Positions 14,318-28,199 are shown, numbered from the stretch's first letter. The stretch: DNA of 64,000 nucleotides from Octopus vulgaris (GCA_951406725.2 OX597815.1:144894001-144958000); one strand, 5' to 3'. Numbers and translations: made by a program. Notes: generated by a model not told the origin, from the letters alone.

Positions 14318-15127
14318 CATAGTCTCATCAATAAGTATCCTGACTGTTGCCATAGTAACAAAGCTATAGCATGCAGAGTGAAGCTGCTTAGCACAGATTG
14401 ACCTTGAACTCTGCTGTGCAGGCACACTAAGTTTTAACGTTATAGCTCACTTCTAGTGTTCACAGCAGTGCTTAGCAGGTGTGTAGCATGTGATCATCAC
14501 ATTAATCATGACAGAGAAAGTTGCCATGGTGATACCTGCTCAGAGGCCTACGCAAATTTGCAGAAAGTGTATGGAGAGGAGTGTATGAGCTGCACACAAG
14601 TGTACGAATGTTCAGACATTTCCAAGATAGCCGAAAAATGTCGATAGAGACGAATGTTCTGGGAGACCCGCAACAAGCAGAACCAAGAAAAACATTGCAG
14701 ATGTGCGTGTAGCTAAGAAAAGAAATCATCGAATTACCATCTGTGTGTTATCAGAGGATATGCAGAGTAGTTATGATTCAGTTCAGTCTATTATCACTAT
14801 AGATTCGGGTATGACTCACATGTCTTCCGAGTTTGTGCCAAAACTGCTTTCAGCTGATCAAAAAGACACTCAAGTTTCAGTTGCACAGGATCTCCTTGAT
14901 TGTGTTGAGAACAATGAAAATTTTTTGAAAACTTTATGTAGGCCTCTGAGCAGGTCTTGCCAAGCTTTTTGCAAAATTTGATGCAGATTCTGTGCTCAAC
15001 TTTCTTTGTCATGTTCAATGCGATGATCACACACTACACACCTTCCTTCCAAGCACTGCTGTAAACAGTGGAAGTGAGCTAGAACATTAAAACTTAGTGT
15101 GCATGCACAGCAGAGTTCAAGGTCAAT
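14318..15127 (+). mobile_element. Non-autonomous mariner derivative
   Basis: Transposase N-terminal remnants (TCSEAYANLQKVYGEECMSCTQVYE; RITICVLSED...SVQSIIT...FVPKLLS) between inverted ends; right TIR truncated. Confidence 0.85.
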
Positions 15128-15130
15128 ATA

Positions 15131-15226
15131 TTCATAAGTGTTAGACATGTTCACCAGTTTAGACATGTTCACAAGTGTTACACATGTTCACAAGTGTTAG
15201 ATATATTCACAAGTGTTAGACATGTG
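15131..15226 (+). repeat. Short minisatellite, about 5 copies of a ~19-bp unit
   Basis: (CAAGTGTTAGACATGTTCA)-like units directly after the truncated mariner TIR. Confidence 0.8.
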
Positions 15227-16313
15227 ATATTCAAAAAATGTGCCCATAGTAGTTGGAAAAATTGAAGAAAATAAATGTTGAAGTTTTAAAGTATTGTTTA
15301 GTCATAATGGAATTCTATATTTCCATGACATGCATTAAGAAAACAGGTTTACCCATTTATAAGAATCAATATACCAAATGCATGGAACATGTAGCAAAAT
15401 AGCTTACATAGAAATTAATTATGCACGGAGTAAATAAATTATAGAAGTCCATGACTAATAATATAGCTACTTATAAAGTTTTTTGTAGTTCATTTCACTG
15501 TCAAATCCAGCCTGTTTAATATTTTATTGACATCAACATCAACTAAACTATCTGTATTGAAAAGGCAAGTGATAGTGAACAAGTTGTTAAGTAAATACAC
15601 ATAACTATCCGCATGATATATATATAAACAGCCACCAGATCAGGTCAAGGCCTCTTTCTATCTGTGTAAAAAATGCTGAAATATTTTGTGTATTTAAGTA
15701 ATATAACCAGATTATTGTGCATAAAAATTTAACAACAAAATCTTATATGGAGCTTCAAGGACACCAGTTGAGATCCACTGGTATAGAGGAAGAGCAACAG
15801 CCCATAGAAATTCTGCTTTAATAAAGCAATGCAAGAATGGAAAAGTAGATGTTAAAAAGAAATATACACATATAGGTGCAGGTGTGGCTGTGTGGTAAGA
15901 AGCTTGCTTCACAACAACATGGTTCCAGGTTCAGTCCCACTGCGTGACACCTTGGGCAAGTGTCTTTTCTACTATAACCTTGGGCCAATCAAAGCCTTGT
16001 GAGTGGATTTGGTTGATGAAAACTGAAAGAAGCTCATCATATATGTATGTGTGTGTTTGTCCCCCATCACTGCTTGACGACTGGTATTGGTGTGTTTACA
16101 TCCCATAACTTAGCAGTTTGGCAAAAGACACCAATAGAGTAGGAACTAGGCTTAAAACATAAGAATATTTAGTTGAATGCATCGACACCAGCAATTATTA
16201 TTTTAAAGCCTAGTACTTATTCTATCAGTCAGTTTTGATGAACTGCTAAGTTATAGAAATGTAAATGCACCAGCACCAGTTGTCAAGCGGTGGGAAACAA
16301 ACACAGACACAAA

Positions 16314-16355
<42 letters not shown>

Positions 16356-16359
16356 TATA

Positions 16360-17252
16360 TATAGTCTGATCAATAAATATCCGGACTGTTGTCATAGTAA
16401 CAAAACTAAAGCATGCAGAGGGAAGCCGCTTGCCACAGATTAACCTTGAAGTCTGCTGTGCATGCACACTAAGTTTTAATGTTCTAGCTTACTTCCACTG
16501 TTTACAGCAGTGCTTGGAAGGAAGGTGTGTAGTGTGTGATCATCGCATTGAACATGACAAAGAAAGTTGAGCACAGAATCTGCATCGAATTTTGCAAAAA
16601 GCTTGGCAATACCTGCTCAGAGGCCTACACAAAGTTTTCAAAAAATTTTCATTGTTCTCAACACAATCAAGGAGATCCTGTGCAATTGAAACCTGAGTGT
16701 CTTTTTGGTCAGTAAAAGCAGTTTTGGCACAAACTCGGAAGACATGTGACTCATGCCCAAATCTTCAGTGATAATAGACTGAACTGAACCGTAACTAATT
16801 TGCACATCCACTGATAACTCACGGATCGTGATTCAATGATTTCCCCTCGCAGCTGTACGCATATCTGTGATGTTTTCTTCAGTTCTGCTGGTTGCGGGGT
16901 CTCTCAGAACATTTGCCAATATCGACACTTTTTGGGGCCATCTTGCAAACATCTGAACCACTCGTACACCTGTGTGCAGCTCATACACTCCTCTCCATAC
17001 ACTTTCAGCAACTTTGCATTGGCCTTTGAGCAGGTATCACCACGTCAACTTTCTCTGTCATTGTCAATGTGATGATCCCACGTTACACACCTTCCTTCCA
17101 AGCACTGCTGTAAACAGCAGAAGTGAGCTAGAACATTAAAACGTAGTGCACACACAACAGAGTTCAAGGTCAATCTGTGCCAAGCGAATTACTTTGTGTG
17201 CTTTGGCTTTGTTACTATGGCAACATTGAGGATACTTATTTATCAGACTATG
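16360..17252 (-). mobile_element. Second copy of the same mariner derivative, opposite orientation, both TIRs present
   Basis: TAGTCTGATCAATAAATATCC ... GGATACTTATTTATCAGACTATG flanked by TA; the interior is the reverse complement of 14318-15127. Confidence 0.87.
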
Positions 17253-17405
17253 TATATAAGTGAGTAACAGTAGAAGTACAGGTTTCAATTTGTTCTCAAG
17301 TTTGATATTTACACAATATTGTTGCTGTGTGTGTTTATTAGTCTGACATAACAAGGTGCCTCAATTTAAGTACCTCATTCAACTGAATCTTACTTATATT
17401 TTATA

Positions 17406-17461
<56 letters not shown>

Positions 17462-17696
17462 CACATATATACATACACCACTTTCACTGCTTTCAATCGA
17501 ACAAATCGACCCCAGGACTTATTCTTTATAAGCCTAGTACTTATACTTATTCTATCAGTCTCTTTCGCCGAGTTGCTAAGTTACGGGGACGTAAACACAC
17601 TAACATAGGTTGTCAAGCGATGGTGGGGTGGGGCAAACACAGACATACAAATTCATACACACACATACACACACACACACATATATAATAAATAAT

Positions 17697-17754
<58 letters not shown>

Positions 17755-17908
17755 ACAGGCTTCTTTCAATTTCCATCTACCAAATCTACTCACAAGGCTT
17801 TGGTCAGCCTGAGGCTACAGTAGATGACACTTGTCCAAGGTGCCACACAGTGGGATCGAACCTGGAACCATGTGGTCAGGAGCAAGCTTCTTACCACACA
17901 GCCACACT

Positions 17909-17947
<39 letters not shown>

Positions 17948-18015
17948 AGATCAGCAAAAAACATACAGCATCTGCTGAGAAGTAAATATTATTTAATAGA
18001 CACAATACGTTTTCA

Positions 18016-18070
18016 TGCGCTACTAATAGTTTCATATGTTGAGAAATACCTCAAACATTCATCAGGCACA
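18016..18070 (-). ncRNA. Isolated type I hammerhead-like motif
   Basis: The - strand reads UGUGC-CUGAUGA-AUGUUUGAG(guauuu)CUCAACAU-AU-GAAA-CUA(U)UAG-UA^GCGCA. All three stems can pair, with a small insertion before GAAA. Confidence 0.55.
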
Positions 18071-18763
18071 AACCACATGTCTTAATGAACTAAAAATTGA
18101 ATGAGAGAAGAAGCACAATCAGTTGAGAAGGAAGCTTATAGAAAATGTTTGTGTGTTATTGTCTCCTCATCTTTACATTATATGATAGCTGTAAGCGAGA
18201 GTCACCAGCATACAAGTGGTGTCCTTTGTTTCCAATCTTCCAAGACGTTGCTGGTCATGAGAAAATATTAGCTTACTTGAAAACAAGTGAGGGTTGGCAG
18301 CATGCCACCGTCACCACCACCACCACCACCACCATTAATACTGTTGGGTGAATAAATAAATTTGCTTGTTTTTTTTACTGTTATTTGACATTCCATCGTT
18401 GTATATTTAAAAAGAAGTAAAGTTTATTCAAATTTCAAAAACAATACACAGAAGTTGTGGAGGGAAAATAGAGCTGAAAAAAAAACATTTAACAAAAAAG
18501 TTTTTCGTGTTATTTCAAATAACATTGGAGAGGATTAGAATACATGAAAAATAAAAAAAAAATGGAATTTATCTGACAGCCCAATTATTCTTTTTTCATA
18601 AAAATATGCCAAGGGGTCATATGTTTGATAATCTTGCTTTAATCCCAAAACTAGGCTTGCTCCTCACAGCCAGAAAATACTTCAGCTGTGATCATTTGTA
18701 AACCACATAAAAGTATTTTACACATATCTGGGATGGTAAACTGGAAGAAACCTGTCGTATCTG

Positions 18764-18912
<149 letters not shown>

Positions 18913-18913
18913 T

Positions 18914-20575
18914 TATCATCATCATCATTTAACACATCCATTGTCCATGCTGGCATGTGTTGGACAGTTTGACCAGAACTGGTATGCTTGAAGGCTGCAC
19001 CAAGTTCCAGTTTGATTTGGCATGGTTTTCTACAGCTGGATGGCCTTCCTAACACCAGCCACTCTGAGAGTGTAACAAGAGCTTTTACATGCCACCAGCA
19101 TGGCTGCCATTTGTGTGACACCGGTATCTGCCACAACTGCAATTTTGCTCAGCTTGATGGGTTTTCTTCTCAAGCACAGCATAATGCCAAAGATCTTGGT
19201 CATTGCCTCTGTTGAGGCCCAAAACTCAAAAGGAGCTCAGTCACTTTGCTTCTGTGCGGCCCAATGCTTGAAAGGAACTCAGTCACTTTGCCTCTGTGAG
19301 GCACAACGCTCATACAGAATTCATCCACTTTGCTTCTGTGAGGCACAACGTTCATACAGTACTCAGCCACTTTGCCTCTGTGAGGTCCCATGCTTGAAAG
19401 GAACTCAGCCACTTTGCCTCCCTGAGGCTCAACACTTGAATGCTGCTCTTTACATGCCACTGGCATGGGTGCCAATTACATGACACCAGCACCAGCCACC
19501 ACTTGGCTTGTGGGTCATCTAAAGCACAACATATCACCAAAGATCTTGGTCGCTAGTCATTGCCACTGTGAGGCTCAAAGTTTGATGATCATGTTTCACC
19601 ACTTTGTCCCATGTCTTCCTGGGTCTACCTCTACCACAGGTTCCATCCACAGTCAAAGATTGGCAGTTCTTTACATACCTGTCCTCGTCCATGTGCATCA
19701 CATGACCATACCAGCACAGTTGTCTCTCTTGCACATCACATCTAATGCCTCTTATGCATCTTATCTCAAGATGCTTACACACTGTTGAACATGCACACTG
19801 ACATTGCACATCCAGTGAAGCATACTGGCTTCTTTTCATTCAAGCCTAGGCATGTCCTCAGCTGTCACAGTCCATGTAGCATGGCTGTTCACAAACAGGC
19901 ATCATACAATCTGTTTTTCATTCTGAGAGAGAGATCTTTTGTTGCCAATATAGGTAGGGGCTCTCTGAACTTTACCCAGCCTAATTTTATTCTCACAGCT
20001 ACACTCTCCGATGATCCACCTCCACTTCTAACTTGGTTATTTAGATAATGGAAGCTATCTATTACCTCTAGCTTGCCCTACTGGCAGTTGATGGAGTCTA
20101 TTTTCTGCACATTTTCAGCATTTATTGTACCTGTGCATCTTCCACATACAAAAGCTAGTTTCCTTGTTAACCATCCTCTGAAAGCTTTATGTCGAAAGCT
20201 TGCACTGAGTACATCTTATGGAGTTTCTACCTACACCTTTTCTATGGATCAAGCAGGGCCATCTACCTGAAGGGATTTGTGATTTGTCTGCCTTCCTAAT
20301 TACTAAGACTTTGGTTTTTGCTAAGTTAACTCTAAGGCCATTCAATTCTAGATCTTGCTTTCATACCTGGAAATTCTTCTCTAGTTCTTGTAGTGATTCA
20401 GCTATAAGAGCAAGGTCATTAGTACAGAGGAGCTCCCAGGGGTAGCCTGCCTAAAATTCCTCTGTTATTGCTTGGAGGACTATGATGTACAAGAGGGAGC
20501 TGAGCACTGATCCTTGGTGAACCCCTACTTGTACCTTGAATTCTTCGTTGTACTCATTGCCAACCTTCACCTTCC
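18914..20575 (-). mobile_element. 5'-truncated RTE-clade LINE with 3' UTR and (ATG)n tail
   Basis: GVHQGSVLSSLL, a decayed YADD (LLCTNDL), and RQLCWYGHVMHMDEDR...GRGRPRKTWDKVV. About six ~42-bp tandem repeats at 19200-19445 in the 3' UTR. Confidence 0.88.
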
Positions 20576-20711
20576 TTCCAAGTTACAAACCATGTTGTTG
20601 GGTAGCAGACTTGTTACCACACAACCATTCCTGTACATAAATACTAACTAAACTGAAAGAAGCACTCCAAATTATCATATATAAACACTAGCATAGCCAG
20701 AGTGTGCACCG

Positions 20712-20860
20712 CTACACACCTTCCTTCCAAGCACTGTTGTAAACAGTAGAAGTGAGCTAGAATGTTAAAACTTAGTGTACATGTGCAGCAGTGTTCAAGG
20801 TCAATCTGTGCTAAGCAGTTTCACTCTCCATGATTTAGTTTCGTTACTATAGCAACAGTC
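20712..20860 (-). mobile_element. Solo terminal fragment of the same mariner derivative
   Basis: Matches 17085-17225. Confidence 0.75.
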
Positions 20861-22652
20861 ATCATCATCATCATCGTTTAACGTCCATTTTCCATGGGTT
20901 GGATAGTTCAACTGGGATCTGGGAAACCAGGAAGCTGCACCAGGCTACAGAATGATCTGGCAGTGTTTCTACAGCTTGATGCCCTTCCTAACGCCAACCA
21001 CTCCATGAGTGTAGTGGGTGCTTTTTACGTGCCACCGGCACAGGGGCCAGAGGAGGATGGCAACGGCCACGATCGTTTGGTGCTTTTTACATGCCACCGG
21101 CACAGAAGCCAGCCAATGCGGGACTCGCATCAGTCACGTTCGGATGGTGCTTTTTACGTGCCACTGGCATGGGTATCACAACTACAATTTCCATTTGATT
21201 GTTATTTTGATGTTGATGTACTTGACTCAATAGGTTTCCTCAAGCACACTGGATACTTATTGATCAGACCATGTATATATGTGTGTGAGTGTGCATGCAT
21301 GTGTGTGTGCATGTGTGTGTGCGTGTGTGTTCTAGCATAGCTAAGGGGTCACTTTTAATAGGGTGGCACTTTTGGGTCTGCTGTAGGCAATATGTGTTCA
21401 TTGTGGGGTCCAGCGGCAACAAGCAGAAGGGCTGTTCCAGGTGGTACACACACTCTAGCTACGCTAGTATATATATATATATATATATGATAATTTGGCT
21501 GGCTTCTTTCAGTTTCTATTTATCAAATTCACTCACAAGGCTTTGATCAGTCCAGGACTATAGTAGAAGACAAAGTTCCATTCAGTAGAACCGAACCCCA
21601 AACCATGTAGTTGGGTAGCAAACTTGTTACCACACGACCATTCCTCTACATAAATGTTGACTAATGCCATCCTCAACAATGAAGTCGCGTGATCATGAAT
21701 GAGTCATCCAATAAATATACATAAATATTGATATAGCTATCTTTGACAATGCACTAACAAACAAGTCATAGGTAAGTGTAGGTATATATAGGTAGGTATA
21801 GGTAAGTATAGGTAAGTCATAGGTATTCATAGAAGGCGGCCAGCTGGCAGAATCGTTAGCATGCCTGGTGAAATGCTTAGCGGTATTTCGTCTGCCATTG
21901 CGTTCTGAGTTCAAATTTTGCCGAGGTCGACTTTGCCTTTCATCCTTTCGGGGTCGATAAATTAAGTACCAGTTACACACTGGGGTCAATGTAATCAACT
22001 TAATCCCTTTGTCTGTCCTTGTTTGTCTCCTCTCTGTTTAGCCCCTTGTGGGCAATAAAGAAATAAGAAATGGCATTCATAGGTGCAGGTGTGGCTGTGT
22101 ATCAAGAAGCTTGCCTCCCAACCACATGGTTCCGGGTTCAGTCCAACAATGTGGCACTTTGGGCAAGTGTCTTCTATTGTAGCCTTGGTCCAACTGAAGC
22201 TTTGTGAGTGGATTTGGTAAATGGAAACTGAAAGAAGCCTGTTGTGTGTGTGTGTGTGTGTGAGTGTGTGTTGACAATTGGTGTCGGTGTGTTAGTTTTG
22301 GGAACTTAGCAGTTTGGCAAAAAGAGAATGATGGGATAAGTACCAGTCTTGAAAAAAAAAATAACTACCGGGATTTGTTTGTTTGACTAAAACTCTTCAA
22401 GTTGGTCTCAGGTTCAATCTCACTGCATAGCACCTAGGGCAAATGTCTTTTACTATTGGACCAAGTTGACCAAAACATCACGAGTGGATTTGGTGGATGG
22501 AAACTGAAAGAAGCCTATCCTACCTATCTCTCTATCTGTCTGTCTCAGTCTGTTTTTGTCTATCTATCTATCTAGCTAGCTGGCTATCAGTCTATCTACT
22601 TAGCTGTCTATCTAGCTATGTCTGTCTATCTATCTATCTATTTATCTGTCTG

Positions 22653-22712
<60 letters not shown>

Positions 22713-22831
22713 CCTGTCTGTCTGTCTGACTCTCTGTCTGTTTTTAGCACTCTCTCTCTCTGTCTATGTATCTAGTTAGCTAGCTATCTGTCTATCTACT
22801 TAGCTATCTAGCTATGTCTGTCTGTCTATCC

Positions 22832-22959
<128 letters not shown>

Positions 22960-22984
22960 GTCTATCTATCTGAGTCTATCATCA

Positions 22985-23570
22985 ATATCATCATGCCTTC
23001 TTCCTTCAAACGTGAAGGAAGAGCTATTTTCATCATACTTGTGGCTATGGCGAAAGAATGTATCTGGTGGACGCATCTAAAAGGATTAGAGACAAACACT
23101 TTCCCCTCTGTTCAATCTCTCATCAACTTCTTTAAGTGTTACTTGAAAAGGAAAGTGAGAGTAGAGAGGCAAGTTTTCTCTAGCGAATGTTTCAAAAAAA
23201 GATAGGCGAATGTCGCAAGGATGGCACGTATGGATGACGAAGCCACCTTGGGCATAATCCTATGAACCCAGAAAAATTTAAAACAGAGTTACTCACTTGC
23301 AAATAAATGTGCTAACATGTGACATTATTGACCGAGGTAACCGTGGTCTTTTCCATAGGCTTTTCTTTCCACGGATAAACCTTATCTGTTTCCCCCTTTA
23401 CACTTTACATCATGACATTTCTGTGATACACGATCCCTATTGATAATTTTTTTCTACAATCCCTTTTGATTGAAAACCTACCCCCACCTTTTTTTTACCT
23501 CCCCAAACAGAAAAACTTTACTTTGTAATTTGTCCCCTCTGTGTTCAGCCCTGTGTGGCTAATAAAGAAA
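22985..23570 (+). mobile_element. 3' end of an L1/Tx1-like LINE
   Basis: ORF 22993..23205 ([16 protein letters not shown]...[17 protein letters not shown]...F.KR) resembles Tx1-type ORF2 C-termini. It is followed by a UTR ending ...GTGGCTAATAAAGAAA and a (TATC)n tail. Family call is by recognition only. Confidence 0.55.
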
Positions 23571-23572
23571 CA

Positions 23573-23622
<50 letters not shown>

Positions 23623-23712
23623 CTTAGCTATCTATCTATCTAGCTTTCTCCGTCTATCTATCTACCTATCTAGCTATCTAATCACCACCACCACCATCAC
23701 CACCACCATCAC

Positions 23713-23768
<56 letters not shown>

Positions 23769-24283
23769 CTCAACATCTGTTCTTCTTGGTCTCTTGTGCA
23801 CACCATGACTATAGGCTTCTCAAAATAGTGACATTTACACTGCTAGTCTCCAACTGGGACATATATGTGTCAGTGTGTTAATTTGTTTGTTAGTATTTGT
23901 TTGTTTGTTTGTGTATGTGTATGTGAGATCTTCAGAGATTACAAAACCAAACAAATGTAACAAGCTTGGTTTTGTCTCAGTGGCTTCCCTATACAGAATA
24001 GAGACTTGCTTGTAATTAATATTAATATCACACCAAATTATATGTTCAATGAGTCAACCTTGACACAGTCAGGTTACTACAATCTTTTCAAGATCACTTT
24101 AATAGTATTGAAGTAATACATGTCTGGTGGTGGTGAAGATGGCGGTAGTGGTGGTGGCAGCTGTGATGGTGGCCGCTGTTGTGCTGGTGGTGGTGTTTAA
24201 TGCTTCTATTGTTTGTGTGTGAATCCTGGTCATGTGAGAAAGCTTAGGTTGTACCAGCTGTGTAGAGGTATGTGTGTGTGAGT

Positions 24284-24597
24284 CAGTGGCAGTTGCCAGC
24301 TTGCTCAATGGCAAGTGGGCCTCTGTGCCATTAGAATCTATATATAGGGGCCCATGTTAGTATCTTGGGACCCATCCCCTCAAGTTTGAGAATTTTTTAT
24401 TTACTCCTGGAAAAATGTATTAATTATTTCAGCCTGGCTGTGTTTGTAGACAATTGAAAAGAATACTTTTAACAAAAAAAAAAAAAAAAATCCAAATGAT
24501 AGCATTGTAGTTGTTGGTAGCCCCCTCCCACTTGTAGTTGCAAGTGGGCCCCCTTAGTCTCCTGGCAACCAATATTTTTAGACCCAGTCTGCCACTG
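24284..24597. mobile_element. hAT-type MITE
   Basis: TIR CAGTGGCAG / CTGCCACTG; perfect 8-bp TSD GTGTGAGT. Confidence 0.8.
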
Positions 24598-25000
24598 GTG
24601 TGAGTAATATTCTTTTCTCTTTTACTTGTTTCAGTTATTTGACTGTGGACATGCTGGAGCACTGCTTTAGTTGAACAAATCGATCCCGGAATTTATCCTT
24701 TGTAAGTCCAGTACTTATTCTATTGGATCTCTTTTGCTGAACCGCAAAGTTTCGGGGACATAAACACACCAATATTGGTTGTCACACACACACACACACA
24801 TACACATATATATGACAGGCCTCTTTCAGTTTCTGTCTACCAAATCCACTCACAAGGCTTTGGTCAGCTGGAGGCTGTAGCAGAAGGCACTTGCCCAAGG
24901 TGCCATGCAGTGGGACTGAACTCGGAACCATGTGGTTGGGAAGCAAGCTTGTTACCACTCACCCACACCTGCACTTATATATATATATTTATATATATAT

Positions 25001-25061
<61 letters not shown>

Positions 25062-25224
25062 AAGAAGCCTGTCGTGTATTATATATGCACATATATATAT
25101 GACGGGCTTCTTTCGGCTTCCATCTACCAAATCCCTCACAAGGCTTCAGTCGGCCTGAGGCTATTGTAGAAGACACTTGCCTGTTGCCTGTGCATACACA
25201 CACACACACACACACACACGCATG

Positions 25225-25425
25225 CACATGACCAAGTGTGTATCGTTGGCGATTTTTTTCCTCCGTCTTCCCTTCCTTGGACCTTTCCTTTTCCTATGTT
25301 TCTGACGAAGAGCTCAGCTCGAAGCGTTAAATCCTCCTTCTTTCTTTCCTTTCCTGAGCGTCCAATAACACTATACTTGTTCCATGTCCTCACGTTGTTG
25401 TATTTTCATGTTTGGATTAACTATA
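25225..25425 (+). mobile_element. Penelope-type terminal repeat fragment with a decayed minimal hammerhead-like motif (25299-25331)
   Basis: TTT-CTGACGA-A-GAGC(tca)GCTC-GAAG-CG-TT^AAA, with GAAA mutated to GAAG. Confidence 0.5.
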
Positions 25426-25734
25426 TATATACACACATACATACATATATATAAAGAAAATTTGGTAGATGGAAACTGAAAGAAGCCTGTCATATATTTA
25501 TATATATGTATATATGATAATGATGATGTGAGAAAGTCTTTTATGTTTCGATCCTATGCTCTTCAACAGAAAGGAACACGAGGAAATAAACAGAGAGAGA
25601 ATAAAAAAAACTTTTGAATTTTGTGGTTAGTCATGTATATATATATATATATATAAATATGCATATATATATGTATGTATTTGTGTGTCTGTGCTTGTCC
25701 TTCCACCATTGCTTGACAATTGATGTTCGTGTGC

Positions 25735-27190
25735 TCCTCTCCTCTACCTCTTCTTTTCAGGCGCTGAATAACATCCCTCCTCCCCAAACCTTACCTCACA
25801 TTACCTTCCCAGTTCTCAGAGTTGGCACTGTCAATGTTGGCACACTGAAAGGTAGGTCTAGTGAGATTGTAGAGATGCTTGAAAGGAGATGGGTTGATGT
25901 ATGCTGAATACAAGAGGTAAGATGTAGAGGAGCTTCAGCTAGGGTCCTCATAGGCAAGGCACATAGGTATAAAGTCTTCTGGCAAGGTAACATGGATAGT
26001 GTAGGGGGTGTTGGCATACTCCTTGCTGAGAAATGGGTGGATAAGGTCATAGAAGTTGTCAGGGTATGTGATAGAGTGCTTAAGCTCAGGCTAGTCTTAC
26101 AGAACAGCACAGCTATAATTATCTCTGCCTACACCCCACATGCGGGTCTACCAAATGGTCAGACGGACCACTTTTATGATACCCTTCTACAGGCCACCTC
26201 AAAGACGAGTGGCAATGACCTCATCTTTGTGGCTGGAGATTTTAATGGGCATGTTGGGTGGGTATCTGATATCTTCACTGGGATACATGGTAGCCATGGT
26301 ACTGGCACCTGAGACGATGAGGGAACTGGGCTACTGGAGTTCTGTGATGCATGCAACCTTTTAATCTGCAACACTAACTTCAGGAAGCCAAACAGCCACC
26401 TTATAACCTATCAATCAGGGGACTCTGCTAGCGAGATTGATTTCATTCTCACCAGACAGCGGGATGCAGGGGTTGCTCTTAAATACAAAGACCCTCCTGG
26501 GTGAAGAATGTACCCCCCAGCATAGGCTAGTCATTAGTGACTTTAGGCTTGAGGTCAGAATGATATCAAGAAGCAGATCAATCCAGGAAAGAAGGATTTG
26601 GAAGCTAAAGAACCCTTCACATTTAGGGACATCCTCATCAAGAAATTTGAAGAGAGGGAGGAGGAGCTACAGACATTGGACATAGAAGGTAGCTGGAAAT
26701 TCCTACGGGACAGCTTGCTGTGTGCCACAGACCAAGTCTGTGGATGGTGCAAAGTCCCTTCCAGACTTAGAGTTACGTGGTGGTGGAATAGTATGGCAGA
26801 CAAAGCCATTAGAGCAAAGAAACAGGCCTGGAAAGCCTGGAAGGATGTGGGTAGCAGGAAACTGTACCAGGTAGTCAAAAAGGAGGCTAGGTGGCAGGTA
26901 TACATAGCCAAAAGTGAAGTGGAAAAGAAGAAGTTTGCCAATGTCCAGTGACATGAGGACCAAAGAACAGGTATTTCGGATTGCTAGACAGTGTGTGAGA
27001 GAAAATTGTGATGTCACAGAGAGAAATGTGTCCGCATGGATGATGGTGCACTTACTTTTAATGTTTCTGAAAAGAAAGAGGCTTGGAGAAGCCATTATGA
27101 AAGACTGCTGAATGTGGAGAATGAATGGGAGGAGAGCCTGCCAAATGTTGACCCAGTAGAGAGACCAGCTATCCCCTAGTAGATAAAGCA
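25735..27190 (+). mobile_element. Decayed RTE-clade LINE, APE endonuclease and linker region
   Basis: LRVGTVNVGTLKGRSSEIVEMLERR, GVGILLAEKWVDKVIEVVRV, IISAY.P, FVAGDFNGHVG, QHRLVISD and TWWWN motifs, with in-frame stops. Confidence 0.9.
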
Positions 27191-27699
27191 CTACTACCGC
27201 CGCCACTGCCGCCACCACCACCACCGCCACCACCGCCACCACCACCACCACTGCTGACGCCGACGTCACCACCACCACCACCACCATCAAAGCAACATGG
27301 ATTGTTCTTTAAGTTGAAGGATTTCCCCATTTCCTTCCGTAGGAAGGAAGTTATTAGTTTTATTTACAAGAAAACAGAATGACATCAATAGAATTAAATG
27401 TATTTCCTAAGGAAACAGCTTAACATCTGTAGAAAGGATTGTGAAAATTGATGACACAAAAAGCTTGAATGAATGTACCACCATCTTCATCATACATCAT
27501 CATCATCATACATCTGTTTTTCATGTTGGTATGGGTTGGATGGTTTGACAGGAGCTGGTAATGCCAGGGAGCTGCCCAGACTCTAATATTGTTTCTATGG
27601 CTGGACGTCCTTCCTAGCACCAACCACTTTACAGAGTGTAAGGGGTGCTTTTTATGTGCCACCAGCACAACTAAAGAATGTATATATTTACACACTTGA

Positions 27700-27731
<32 letters not shown>

Positions 27732-28199
27732 CACACACACACATACACTTTCATGCACACACATGTTCTTACATTCTTTCATTCCTTTCAGTTGTTTCAG
27801 AGCGGTCATGCTCGAGCGCCGCCTTAGTTGAAGAAATTGACCCCAGGACCTGATGGGAGGAGCTTTATGTTAGCAGGTGAGGGTTAAAGTGTGAAAGACC
27901 CATATCATCATCATCATCGTTTAACGTCCACATTCCATACTGGCATGGGTTGGACAGTTTGACTGAGGACTTGGAAAGCCAGAAGGCTACACCAGGCTCT
28001 AATCTGATTTGGTAAAGTTTCTACAGCCAACCGCTCCGAGAGTGTAGTGGTGCTTTTACGTGTCACAGGCACGAGGGCCAGTCAGACGGTACTGGCAAAT
28101 GGTGTTTTACATGTCATCTGCACAGGAGCCAGTCCAGCGGCACTGGTAACGCCCTCGCTCGAATGTTGTTTTTCACGTACCACCGGCACAAGTGACAGT

